Positions 28,882 through 36,997 are shown, numbered from the stretch's first letter. The stretch: DNA of 64,000 nt from Bacteroidales bacterium (GCA_040769065.1 JAXGLU010000001.1:1991218-2055217), one strand, 5' to 3'. The notes: a model not told the origin generated them from the letters alone. Numbers and translations are program-made.

Positions 28882-29562
28882 CTATCTGTCATCAGCAACC
28901 CTGTAACCGACACCTCTTACAGTTTCCAGCCAGGGCGCAGGGGCATGGTCAACTAATTTCTTCCTTATATTCTTAATATGAACGTCAATAAAGTTGCTGT
29001 CATATTGATCATCGAGGATATTTCCCCATATGTGCTCATAAAGCTGATGGCGCGTCAACACCTTGCCCTGATTGAGCACAAGGTACTGAAGAAGGTCGAA
29101 TTCCTTCCTGGTCAGCTCTACCTCCGTATTGCCGTGAAGAAGCTTCCTTGACTGTACCTGCATAATGAATTCACCAAGTGTGATATCCTGACTTTGTATG
29201 TTAAACTTTCTCCTGGCAACGGCATTGATCCGTGACAGAAGTTCGATAAGAGCAAACGGTTTTGCAAGATAATCGTCGGCACCTAAATCCAAACCCTTCA
29301 CTTTATCTTCAACAGCTCCCCTGGCGGTAATTATGATAAAAGACGCCTCACTTCCTGCCTTCCTGGCTTCCGTTATCAGGTCCAACCCGTTATAATCAGG
29401 CAGTCCGAGATCAAGAAGGACAAAATCATACAGGTTGACAGCGATCTTTTCAGAGGCTTCATTCCCGGTATAGGCCAGATCGCAAAGAAAATTCTCAGAC
29501 CGTAGAAATGATGCTATTTCCTTTGCCAGGGCTTTTTCGTCTTCAACAATAAGTATGTTCAT
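28882..29562 (-). CDS. OmpR/PhoB-family response regulator
   Basis: Receiver 'ILIVEDE...VLLDLGLPDYNG...KPF' and winged helix 'LTRKEFDLLQYL...VRGVGYR'. Confidence 0.9.
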   Translation of the reverse strand: MNILIVEDEKALAKEIASFLRSENFLCDLAYTGNEASEKIAVNLYDFVLLDLGLPDYNGLDLITEARKAGSEASFIIITARGAVEDKVKGLDLGADDYLAKPFALIELLSRINAVARRKFNIQSQDITLGEFIMQVQSRKLLHGNTEVELTRKEFDLLQYLVLNQGKVLTRHQLYEHIWGNILDDQYDSNFIDVHIKNIRKKLVDHAPAPWLETVRGVGYRVADDR

Positions 29563-29571
29563 GAAACAAAA

Positions 29572-30465
29572 TTAAAAAAACCTGAATATTCCGGAGAGCA
29601 GGAATATAAAGCCTTTGGTGTCGGGATAGTACTGGTTGTCATACATTGGATACACATAAGAGATCTCGGTTTCAATGGTAAAAGAACTGGTATTAAACGA
29701 CACAGGAATGCCGAAATCCATCTCCATCAGGCCTGATTTTCTTGCATAGCTGGTAGTGTTGCCGGGGGGATGATTGTATTTATTCCATTTGCGGCCGGGG
29801 CCAGATGGAGACACGATTGTTTCTGAAAGTGTTTCAGCATTAATGAGAGTTCCGAAAAGAAGGTTTATATATGGATCAAATGCGATATAAGCTTTCTTGT
29901 TGAAGAAATCAGGGGTCTTGAAGTAACGTGAGTTCTTCAGCTGAAAATAGGCCTGGTTATCATCCGACAACAATCCTCCTGCCGAAACTTTTGTATAGAT
30001 GAGGCGCCAGTCAAAACCAAGGGTGAGTTCTCCGTATGTAAAGCTTCCGAACAGGGAATCGGCCAGTGATTGTGCAACCTCGTACCGGTATGCGCCGGCC
30101 GATATGTCGAACCATGAATTGAATGTGTGATTATAACTCAGGGCACCAATATAAAACGAAAGGAAGGGATTAAGACCAGAAAGATGAACCGCTGATACCG
30201 AAGCATACAGCTCGCCGTTGAAACCATATATCAGTGAACCATAACCGTAAGGCTGATTCCGTGATATTGTTGATCCAAGATAGATCATATTGCTGCCGTA
30301 ACCGGAACCGGCATAAAGAGCATGCTTTGAACCATCCGGGGCCTTTGTCACGGTATCAGCACCGGTAACAGCCGAAGGCACTGAATCCTGCGACAGTGCT
30401 GAAGGGTGACAAACAGCCAGAATGCAAAAGATGATCCCAAAGAGATATGAAGCTGACTTAGCCAT
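29572..30465 (-). CDS. Putative outer-membrane beta-barrel protein
   Basis: Start moved to 'MAKSASYLFGIIFCILAVCHPSALSQ' (ATG 30463-30465). The sequence shows an alternating aromatic/Gly beta-strand pattern and a C-terminal '...IFRFF'. Confidence 0.5.
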   Translation of the reverse strand: MAKSASYLFGIIFCILAVCHPSALSQDSVPSAVTGADTVTKAPDGSKHALYAGSGYGSNMIYLGSTISRNQPYGYGSLIYGFNGELYASVSAVHLSGLNPFLSFYIGALSYNHTFNSWFDISAGAYRYEVAQSLADSLFGSFTYGELTLGFDWRLIYTKVSAGGLLSDDNQAYFQLKNSRYFKTPDFFNKKAYIAFDPYINLLFGTLINAETLSETIVSPSGPGRKWNKYNHPPGNTTSYARKSGLMEMDFGIPVSFNTSSFTIETEISYVYPMYDNQYYPDTKGFIFLLSGIFRFF

Positions 30466-30481
30466 ATTTCCGGTTTTAAGC

Positions 30482-30841
30482 TTACCTTCCTCCGTGACGG
30501 CCGGCACCTCCGGGCTTTCCAACACCACGAGGCACCTGTGAGCCTGATGGTCTGACAATTGATGGCGGACGGGCCCCCCTGGCTTTTGTCATATCGGGAC
30601 GGGCACTTTTCACCTGCTTAACGGCACGATTGGAATTATTAGTGCCGGTCTTTCCGGCCTGTTTTCTGACTTCGGCCTGAGTTTCCTGACCCCTGGCCTT
30701 ATCTGCATTTCCGGGTTTCTCCTTTTGCACCTGTTCCTTAACGGAATCCCCTCCGGGAACAGTAGCCTGCGCAAAACTATCCTGCCCTTTGAATAAGAGC
30801 AGCATTAACGCAATAATTAATATTTTTCCTGTTCTCTTCAT
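30482..30841 (-). CDS. Secreted basic low-complexity protein
   Basis: Signal 'MKRTGKILIIALMLLLFKGQDSFAQ' followed by a K/R/G/P-rich sequence. It is the first gene of the co-directional run ending in the two-component system. Confidence 0.45.
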   Translation of the reverse strand: MKRTGKILIIALMLLLFKGQDSFAQATVPGGDSVKEQVQKEKPGNADKARGQETQAEVRKQAGKTGTNNSNRAVKQVKSARPDMTKARGARPPSIVRPSGSQVPRGVGKPGGAGRHGGR

Positions 30842-30975
30842 TTTATTCTACAGATCAGCTGACTATTTTAAGAAACCATCCTGTTATTCTTCAATATATT
30901 AGTCTGACAACTATATTTTACAGTAACCAAAGCTAAGAGACCAAGATGAAGAACAGATGAAGCCGGTCAGCAAAT

Positions 30976-31338
30976 TCACCTTTCCATTATAACACTCACC
31001 GAGCCTATTTTCCCACGCATGGGCGGATTAATCTTTGACACCTTTACAGTCGCCTTCTTTATTCCATCCATCTCATTGTATAATGAATCCAGTATCCTGC
31101 CGGCAATATTTTCAAGCAGATGTGATTTCTTTTCCATCTCCTTCTTTATAATCTCATATGCGTGCTGGTAGTTCACAGCATCCTTCAGGTTGTCGCTAGC
31201 AGACGGCAGTGACATATCCGTTTCAATTGTGAGGTCGACAAGAAACCTGCTTCCAACTATCTGTTCTTCCCTGAAATGACCATGGAATGAATAAAACTCC
31301 ATGTTTTCGATCTGAATTAGACCCATCTTACTGCTCAA
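30976..31338 (-). CDS. folB: Dihydroneopterin aldolase
   Basis: 'IENMEFYSFHGHFREEQIVGSRFLVDL...VNYQHAYEII' follows the FolB pattern. Length 120 aa. Confidence 0.8.
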   Translation of the reverse strand: MSSKMGLIQIENMEFYSFHGHFREEQIVGSRFLVDLTIETDMSLPSASDNLKDAVNYQHAYEIIKKEMEKKSHLLENIAGRILDSLYNEMDGIKKATVKVSKINPPMRGKIGSVSVIMER

Positions 31339-31583
31339 TATGAATTTACTGAAGACAAATATATCACATTATTGCTGTATGAGACACAACACTTACAGCC
31401 TTAATAAGCTTTCCTGTTTACAAAACCTGGCCGGGGCCTTTAGTGCCTGTCAGGATCATGTACACAGAACAAATTCCGTTGATTCGTTGCTTGCACGAAC
31501 CTGTCCATACAACGATTTTACGGTAATTACAAATGTGTCAGACTAATTTATAAAAGGCTTATAATATATTCATTTAGATTTCT

Positions 31584-31591
31584 TATATTTG
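31584..31591 (+). promoter_or_regulatory. Bacteroidota-type -7 box TATATTTG upstream of tRNA-Gln
   Basis: Matches TAnnTTTG and ends 13 nt before tRNA position 1. Confidence 0.5.
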
Positions 31592-31603
31592 CAACCTTCA
31601 AAT

Positions 31604-31676
31604 TGCTCCGTGGTGTAATTGGCAACACGTCTGACTCTGGATCAGAAAAGTTCAGGTTCGAGCCCTGACGGAGCAA
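31604..31676 (+). tRNA. tRNA-Gln (anticodon CTG)
   Basis: Hand-folded cloverleaf: acceptor tgctccg/cggagca, D arm gtgt-aattggca-acac, anticodon arm tctga-ctCTGga-tcaga, variable aaagt, T arm tcagg-ttcgagc-cctga, discriminator a. Confidence 0.9.
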
Positions 31677-31677
31677 C
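31633..31677 (+). repeat. attL: 45-bp direct repeat (3' half of tRNA-Gln)
   Basis: 'gactctggatcagaaaagttcaggttcgagccctgacggagcaac' is identical to 38404-38448. Confidence 0.9.
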
Positions 31678-31685
31678 AACATTAT

Positions 31686-31727
31686 AAGCCACTTGCGGCA
31701 GTTAAATGTTCAGTGGCTTTTTTTATT
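31686..31727 (+). terminator. Rho-independent terminator for tRNA-Gln, supplied by the island
   Basis: 'aagccact-tgcggcagttaaatgttc-agtggctt' followed by a T8 run. Confidence 0.65.
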
Positions 31728-31744
31728 TGCATACGATTTGCATA
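31726..31744 (+). promoter_or_regulatory. Pair of TTTGCATA 8-mers, 11-bp period (candidate integrase arm-type sites, left end)
   Basis: 'TTTGCATAcgaTTTGCATA' recurs identically at 38267-38285. Confidence 0.4.
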
Positions 31745-31782
31745 AAAATGAGGGCTATTTTGAAAATTGAGGATAAAAGAGT

Positions 31783-32007
31783 TTAATAATTCTCGTATTC
31801 TTCAGCCGTAATCTCGACAGGTTCCTCAAAGGTTTCGCACACCAGATCGGTTTTCCTTTCAATCGGGTATTCCCTGCCTCCTTTATACTTTGCCTTGTAA
31901 TTTGTCGTTCCTGGAATAACTTTGATCGCGGTTGAGTAAAATTCATTCAACAGGTAAACCGTCTTGCCTTCCTGCAATTTCTTTACTATGTCGTCATAAG
32001 TGGTCAT
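31783..32007 (-). CDS. Small island protein, paralog 2 (74 aa, ends EEYENY)
   Basis: About 50% identical by eye to the adjacent 76-aa ORF. Both share 'TVYLLNE(L/F)Y..AIK.IPGT.NY.AK.KGG.EYPI' and the C-terminal 'EEYENY'. Confidence 0.6.
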   Translation of the reverse strand: MTTYDDIVKKLQEGKTVYLLNEFYSTAIKVIPGTTNYKAKYKGGREYPIERKTDLVCETFEEPVEITAEEYENY

Positions 32008-32027
32008 AATGCAATATGAATAACGGC

Positions 32028-32258
32028 TTAATAGTTTTCGTATTCTTCTTTTGTCATGATAACAGCATCTGTTAATGCTTCATATACTATCTCTGCACCG
32101 CTATTTATAGGGTATTCTTCTCCGCCTTTTATTTTTGCAATATAATTAGCTGTTCCAGGGATAAACTTAATTGCTATTTCATATAATTCATTTAGCAAAT
32201 AAACAGTCTCTCCCTTGTCAAGTAGGTGGTACACTTCCTTATAAGTACTTTTTCTCAT
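32028..32258 (-). CDS. Small island protein, paralog 1 (76 aa, ends EEYENY)
   Basis: See the paralog at 31783-32007. Conservation between tandem duplicates supports coding. Confidence 0.6.
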   Translation of the reverse strand: MRKSTYKEVYHLLDKGETVYLLNELYEIAIKFIPGTANYIAKIKGGEEYPINSGAEIVYEALTDAVIMTKEEYENY

Positions 32259-32442
32259 TTGGCCTTTATATTACTAAGTTAATAAAAATTCTTTTGAAGT
32301 TTTACTGAAAATTTAGTAAAACGGTGGGTGGATTCAATTATCTAGGGAATGCTGTGCTTTAAATGTGCGAAATTGCACATATGACATTTGCAATAAGATG
32401 TCATCCGTTCGGCATATTTGCCCAACGGGCTCCTCTCCTTGA

Positions 32443-32464
32443 ATCTCCACAAAATTGTGGAGAT
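32443..32464 (-). terminator. 9-bp stem hairpin 5 nt downstream of the 32469-32690 stop (no U tract)
   Basis: 'atctccaca-aaat-tgtggagat'. A terminator role is inferred from position only. Confidence 0.3.
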
Positions 32465-32468
32465 CAGC

Positions 32469-32690
32469 TCATTTTTGAGCAGACCCGGTTCTTGATAGCA
32501 TCAATTCGGTGAGTGCTTTTTCGGCCTGTCCACACAGCACGACATTTGCACCCCCGGAAGCCATCAGTAACCCCGTGAACGCTTCTCCCCTCTCACTGCA
32601 AATGACCGGGTTAGGTGGAATATCCGCCGGATCAATCAGGCCTGCCTCAATATCCCTAAGTAGCTGAATCTTATCTTTTTTGGTGTTCAT
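32469..32690 (-). CDS. Island hypothetical protein (73 aa)
   Basis: Its ATG overlaps the terS stop by 4 nt (ATGA coupling). Confidence 0.5.
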   Translation of the reverse strand: MNTKKDKIQLLRDIEAGLIDPADIPPNPVICSERGEAFTGLLMASGGANVVLCGQAEKALTELMLSRTGSAQK

Positions 32691-33193
32691 TTCTTGTTAG
32701 TAATTCGGTTAATAATTGCATCCAGTGTTGTTTCATCAAGTCGGTCGAGGTTGACGTCAAGCGCCTGCGGACTCTCAAATCCCAATATTCGGCAAATTCG
32801 TTCGGTTGTCCAGGCTTTTCCGTGCAACTTTAACTCAATCCCATGCCGAGTCTGTCGGATGCCTTCTACGGCCTTTATTTGGCTTTCTGGGAGGTCTGCA
32901 AAATCCTTGAATTGAATTTTTTTCCCATCGAAGTTCAGATAATCGGTAATTTTTGCCCGCAAGATGCTCGCTAGTTCCGCAAGTATTTCATCCTTAGTGA
33001 TATCAGTTCGTTTTCTTGCTTCTGTCTGAAGTTGCTGTAAAAATTGCTGCACCTTAACTAAACTTAACAACCTGGACGCTTGAAATTCTGCAGTGCGGGC
33101 CGAATAACCGGCCCGAATTGCGGCCTGCTTTCCGTTGAGGTCAAGAAGAAACTGCTGGCAAAACGCCTTCTGTTTTGGCGTTAATCGGCTCAT
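32687..33193 (-). CDS. terS: Phage terminase small subunit (Terminase_2/P27 type)
   Basis: 'LTPKQKAFCQQFLLDLNGKQAAIRAGYSARTAEFQASRLLSLVKVQQFL' is the canonical N-terminal HTH of this family. Confidence 0.85.
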   Translation of the reverse strand: MSRLTPKQKAFCQQFLLDLNGKQAAIRAGYSARTAEFQASRLLSLVKVQQFLQQLQTEARKRTDITKDEILAELASILRAKITDYLNFDGKKIQFKDFADLPESQIKAVEGIRQTRHGIELKLHGKAWTTERICRILGFESPQALDVNLDRLDETTLDAIINRITNKK

Positions 33194-33195
33194 AT

Positions 33196-33432
33196 TTAAT
33201 GGTTTATATCTCTCATTTCATTAATGAAGTCGTCTTCCTCATTATTTCCTTCCCCAGGTTGGTCAGCTTGACCAGTGGTGTTAATCTCTGCCATCGTCTT
33301 TATAAATTCATCTTCCGCCTCTTTTGCCGGATCCGGTGGCTCCTTCTCCGGGTTTTCGAGTTTCTTCATGCGTTCCTCAAAATTTTCGAGGTGTTTTTGG
33401 GCCCATTCTGGAATTTTTTCTTCAGCACTCAT
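33196..33432 (-). CDS. Island acidic protein (78 aa)
   Basis: Its ATG overlaps the upstream stop by 4 nt, and the sequence is E/D-rich. Function unknown. Confidence 0.45.
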   Translation of the reverse strand: MSAEEKIPEWAQKHLENFEERMKKLENPEKEPPDPAKEAEDEFIKTMAEINTTGQADQPGEGNNEEDDFINEMRDINH

Positions 33433-34061
33433 TTCACTAATTGTTGATAATCATTATATTTACTTGGGAAAAAGCTAGTTTCATCGAAATCAATCAGGTC
33501 AAATACATCTAATTGGCTCGTTTTGTCTTTAAAATTTGACCCCAAATTCGCCCAGAAGGTCGTTAATGCTTCACACGCCTTTTGAAGTTGTTCATACAGT
33601 GAGCGTTGTTCTTCTGTTTCTATTATGCTGCTGCATTCCTCCCGGATCAAATTCCAGGTTGAATCTGGAATACTGAAAACGCCGTCAATCAGATCATACC
33701 TATCCAGGGGAGTTGGAATATTAAATGGCGGTCGCCCCTTATTATGTTCAAACTCTGAAATCAGGGCCATTGCCTTTTCTTGGAATTCAGCTATTCGCTT
33801 GGCGGCCAGATCATCAAAAACCTCTGCCATCACGGGGTTCAATTTCCCCTTGAATGACTTCTTCAAAGCCTGCCGCAAATGCTCCTCGATCGTTTCAAAG
33901 TGCCTTTCCATGATTTGATCTAAAGTCATGCGATCTATTGGGCCTAGGCCTAAGGAAGCAAACAGGGCACCGATTTTGCGCAAGGTTTCAAGGTTTGCCT
34001 GATATATCCTTCGCCTCTCGCCGAACGCCACTTCATCAAAAAACAAAATTTCTTTTTCCAT
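33429..34061 (-). CDS. Island hypothetical protein (210 aa)
   Basis: Long ORF in the co-directional island gene run. No motif recognised. Confidence 0.55.
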   Translation of the reverse strand: MEKEILFFDEVAFGERRRIYQANLETLRKIGALFASLGLGPIDRMTLDQIMERHFETIEEHLRQALKKSFKGKLNPVMAEVFDDLAAKRIAEFQEKAMALISEFEHNKGRPPFNIPTPLDRYDLIDGVFSIPDSTWNLIREECSSIIETEEQRSLYEQLQKACEALTTFWANLGSNFKDKTSQLDVFDLIDFDETSFFPSKYNDYQQLVK

Positions 34062-34117
34062 ATTCTATAAAACTGTTAGATTTATTTGACCAAAAATATT
34101 TTTCATTATGTTCTTGA

Positions 34118-35476
34118 TTAATTGATAGATACAGGGATTGTAACATCATATTGTATTATACAGTTTTCACTTACTTCATTCTCTCTATCATCAACTCTAT
34201 AATTCTCAATAACTATTTTGGGTGAAAATCCAACAAATTTTGTAAGTTCTTCGCACATAATTTTGCGGACGGCTTCCACCTCATCAGTGAGTATGCCCGT
34301 CATTATGGAATCATGAATACTTATCGCCACCACCCCCGGCAACTCCCTGTAAATTCTTTTAAGGATTACGTCAATTACTAAAAAACTCTCAATGGTTGCC
34401 AGCAGGATGGCAAATCTGTTGCTGTTTTTAAAACTGGTTCCCTGATCTCTCCCCCTAACTTTTGAAAAAACCCTGTGAACGGTCGGAAAACTCTTCTTAA
34501 AAATCATGCGGCATTTCCTGTTTACTTCATCTTTCGGCATTCTGTTGGGAGCAAATAAGATTCTTAATAGCTGAACTTTCGTTTCATCACGGGTTAGAAT
34601 TATCCCTTCCACGGCAAATTTTTGCATCAGGTATTCGTAAAGATTCCCGCAAATCACAAGCGAAATATATTTTTTTACATCATCCTTGTTTACAGATATT
34701 TTCAATGTTTGTAACAACATTTGAAAAGCAGGATTTTTTGCAAGGTGTGCGACCTTGGCGGGATACGTCAGAATAATAGTGCTGAGGTATGGTTGGCTGT
34801 TTTTTATATCAATGTTTGTGAGCGGTTTTCCGTTTACCCTGAGATATGACCTCAGTTCTTTTTTCATGTTAGTCACATTACTGTGAAACCGCCTTTCCGT
34901 GGCATCCCGTGAGTGCGTCCAGTCTTTGTTTACAATACGCATGGCAGAAGATAGGACTGAGTTGTAAACTTCCGTGTTGTCTTTATAGCTTTCAACCAGT
35001 TCCCGCCATCCATCGGCAAGCGTTAACTGTCGAATATACTTCACTTGTGGGGCGCACCCCCAAATCAATTTTATTGATTGCTTGCTCATCTCGGCATAAG
35101 CATTGCGGATCCTCCTTATGAGCTTGTTGTTTTTCAGGGGCAGGATGATATATTTACTTTGGTAGTCCTGTGTGAAGGTGTACCTGTAACTTACTTGTCC
35201 TGGAATGTAGTTAGGTGATCTTTTAATAACCTGAAGCTCTATTAAACCGGCCAGATACCTTTCGGCATAAGGCACCAATCGTCTCAGATACTCCATTCGT
35301 AGCGGGGGATCTTCATCATCCTTGCGTACATTACAGGCAACTATTGAAATAACCTCTTTCAGATAGTCAGAATTGTAACCTTTTATCTCCGCTGATAATA
35401 GTTTTTCTATTACCGGAAGATTCTGAATAACTTTTTCAGGAATTAACTGATAATATTTTCCCCCTTCAGCGTTCAT
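34118..35476 (-). CDS. 452-aa protein with T7-like/family-A polymerase motifs A, B and C (candidate compact polymerase or replicase)
   Basis: By-eye motifs are D191-ATERR, 'PLTNID223IKNS227QPYLSTIIL', 'R296DETK300VQLLRILF308A' and 'SIH388D389SIMT', in the canonical order. See findings. Confidence 0.4.
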   Translation of the reverse strand: MNAEGGKYYQLIPEKVIQNLPVIEKLLSAEIKGYNSDYLKEVISIVACNVRKDDEDPPLRMEYLRRLVPYAERYLAGLIELQVIKRSPNYIPGQVSYRYTFTQDYQSKYIILPLKNNKLIRRIRNAYAEMSKQSIKLIWGCAPQVKYIRQLTLADGWRELVESYKDNTEVYNSVLSSAMRIVNKDWTHSRDATERRFHSNVTNMKKELRSYLRVNGKPLTNIDIKNSQPYLSTIILTYPAKVAHLAKNPAFQMLLQTLKISVNKDDVKKYISLVICGNLYEYLMQKFAVEGIILTRDETKVQLLRILFAPNRMPKDEVNRKCRMIFKKSFPTVHRVFSKVRGRDQGTSFKNSNRFAILLATIESFLVIDVILKRIYRELPGVVAISIHDSIMTGILTDEVEAVRKIMCEELTKFVGFSPKIVIENYRVDDRENEVSENCIIQYDVTIPVSIN

Positions 35477-35706
35477 TAATTGTTCAGAATTGCGTTCACC
35501 GACCCAAGAGAAATATTTAATTGTTCGGCTATTTCCCGCTGACTTAGCCCCTTATCCCTTAATTTTCTTACCATGAACCTTGCCGGATCTGCTTTTTTCT
35601 CCCAATAGGCAGCATTATATTTCTTGATTAAGTCAGGATTCTTCCGCCGGTACTGCCGTTGATACTCGTTCCTTAATTGTCTTGCTTTTTCTGATAACAT
35701 TTTCAA
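35476..35706 (-). CDS. Small HTH protein (76 aa)
   Basis: C-terminal 'GLSQREIAEQLNISLGSVNAIL' is a sigma-70 region 4/LuxR-like HTH. The stop overlaps the next ATG (TAATG). The 5' end overlaps the nuclease ORF by 74 nt, so the true start may be internal. Confidence 0.55.
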   Translation of the reverse strand: MKMLSEKARQLRNEYQRQYRRKNPDLIKKYNAAYWEKKADPARFMVRKLRDKGLSQREIAEQLNISLGSVNAILNN

Positions 35707-36010
35707 TGAGTTTTATAAAATCCTGAAATTTCATCGCCACCACTGCCCCGGTATTATTCTTTTTGTGAATTACCAGGTTAATTTTGCTGTTCTGGGGCAT
35801 CTTGCAGTTAAGAATTTCATGATAGCCAGGCGACAGACGTTCCACATGTTTGCACTGAATTTGAAAATCTCCGGTGCCAGTCAGATCAATACCATTATAA
35901 TCATCCCAGGCACTTCCCATAAATCGTGAGGTGTAGCACTCTGGCCAGATAGCTCTTAAAATGCTTGCACATTCACGTTCCCACCGGTTGCCTTTTCGCT
36001 TAGAATTCAT
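35633..36010 (-). CDS. PD-(D/E)XK nuclease, Holliday-junction-resolvase-like
   Basis: 'KGNRWERECASIL' followed by 'NGIDLTGTGDFQIQCKHVE' gives an E...D...QxK arrangement, as in Hjc/RecB-like phage nucleases. Confidence 0.5.
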   Translation of the reverse strand: MNSKRKGNRWERECASILRAIWPECYTSRFMGSAWDDYNGIDLTGTGDFQIQCKHVERLSPGYHEILNCKMPQNSKINLVIHKKNNTGAVVAMKFQDFIKLIENVIRKSKTIKERVSTAVPAEES

Positions 36011-36018
36011 TGCCTGTT

Positions 36019-36327
36019 TTATTTAAGGTAAGAATCAGCGTTTTCCTTCATTTCCTGCCTTGTCGCATATCTCCCGGCTTTCAGGTATGCTATCAGCTCA
36101 TCGGTGGAAAAGTATAGACGCCCGCTCCTTTTCATGAAAGGAATTTCCTTTTTTGAAACTTTTGTGTAAAGTGTCGGGACGGTCAGATCTAGGAATTCGG
36201 ATGCTTCCTTAACATTAAGAATTCTTTCGGCCTCAGGATTTCCCGGTATGGGATGCTTCAGGTCGAGCAAAAGAGTTTCAATGCTCTCAAGCTTTGCATT
36301 AATAAAATCAAAAGGGTTTGTCATCAT
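36019..36327 (-). CDS. Excisionase-type HTH (HTH_17/MerR-like) DNA-binding protein
   Basis: 'LNVKEASEFLDLTVPTLYTKVSKKEIPFMKRSGRLYFSTDELIAYL' is the pattern common in Bacteroidota integrative elements. Confidence 0.75.
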   Translation of the reverse strand: MMTNPFDFINAKLESIETLLLDLKHPIPGNPEAERILNVKEASEFLDLTVPTLYTKVSKKEIPFMKRSGRLYFSTDELIAYLKAGRYATRQEMKENADSYLK

Positions 36328-36365
36328 TGCTTTTTTTCTGCAATGATAGACTTAGTGATAGGCTG

Positions 36366-36385
36366 TTACCGGTAATTACCGGTAA
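36366..36385. promoter_or_regulatory. Two abutting perfect palindromes TTACCGGTAA-TTACCGGTAA (candidate operator)
   Basis: Lies in the 63-bp gap between the 201-aa ORF and the Xis-type HTH gene. Each 10-mer is its own reverse complement. Confidence 0.5.
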
Positions 36386-36390
36386 TTATT

Positions 36391-36996
36391 TTAATAGTGG
36401 ATTCTTTTTAGGCTTTCAAGCTCTGCAGTTGCCCTGTTAATAGCAGCCTCAGATTTTAACAATGGGACAACACTTTCAAATAATTTTGTTTTCTCTTTTA
36501 ACCTGCGGGCTGTGCCGGGATCACCTGTGCGGTCAATCGATTTGGCGTATTTAAGATATGTGCTATACAATTTTTCACCACTTGTCAGACCGTAAGCTTT
36601 GACTATTTTATCCCCGTTTTGGCGGGTAATCTGAATCCCTTCATAAATATGGATTAATACAACCTGCTTCACAGTTAAGCCTGTTCTCTTTGGCTCTGAG
36701 AATTTCAAATTCCCGTTATCTTCAAGGAAGGTTTTTATTTCACTAATTAATAGCTCTATTCTTCTAATCTTAGAGGCTATCGGTTGAATCGTTGGACTCC
36801 CTTTGTAAGGTTCTAGTTCGGTTAACCAATATAGAAGTTTTTGACGGCATTCTTTTAAATGCTCAATGTCCTTGGCGGCCATGGCCTCACGTGTTTTATA
36901 CTTAATATCTTGCAAGACTTTATTAAGCTCAAGTTCGGCCGGCACATTCCTGGCTGTATTAATAAAATCATCTAACGTCTTAAATGTTTTCCTCAT
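36391..36996 (-). CDS. Island hypothetical protein (201 aa)
   Basis: Starts at the integrase stop. No motif recognised. Confidence 0.55.
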   Translation of the reverse strand: MRKTFKTLDDFINTARNVPAELELNKVLQDIKYKTREAMAAKDIEHLKECRQKLLYWLTELEPYKGSPTIQPIASKIRRIELLISEIKTFLEDNGNLKFSEPKRTGLTVKQVVLIHIYEGIQITRQNGDKIVKAYGLTSGEKLYSTYLKYAKSIDRTGDPGTARRLKEKTKLFESVVPLLKSEAAINRATAELESLKRIHY

Positions 36997-36997
36997 A

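Noticed and set aside
35633-35706. 74-nt overlap between the nuclease ORF and the small HTH ORF as a programmed frameshift site
   Set aside because: I saw no slippery heptamer or downstream structure in the overlap. An internal start for the HTH ORF (e.g. 'MVRKLRDKG') or a dispensable nuclease tail explains it more simply.
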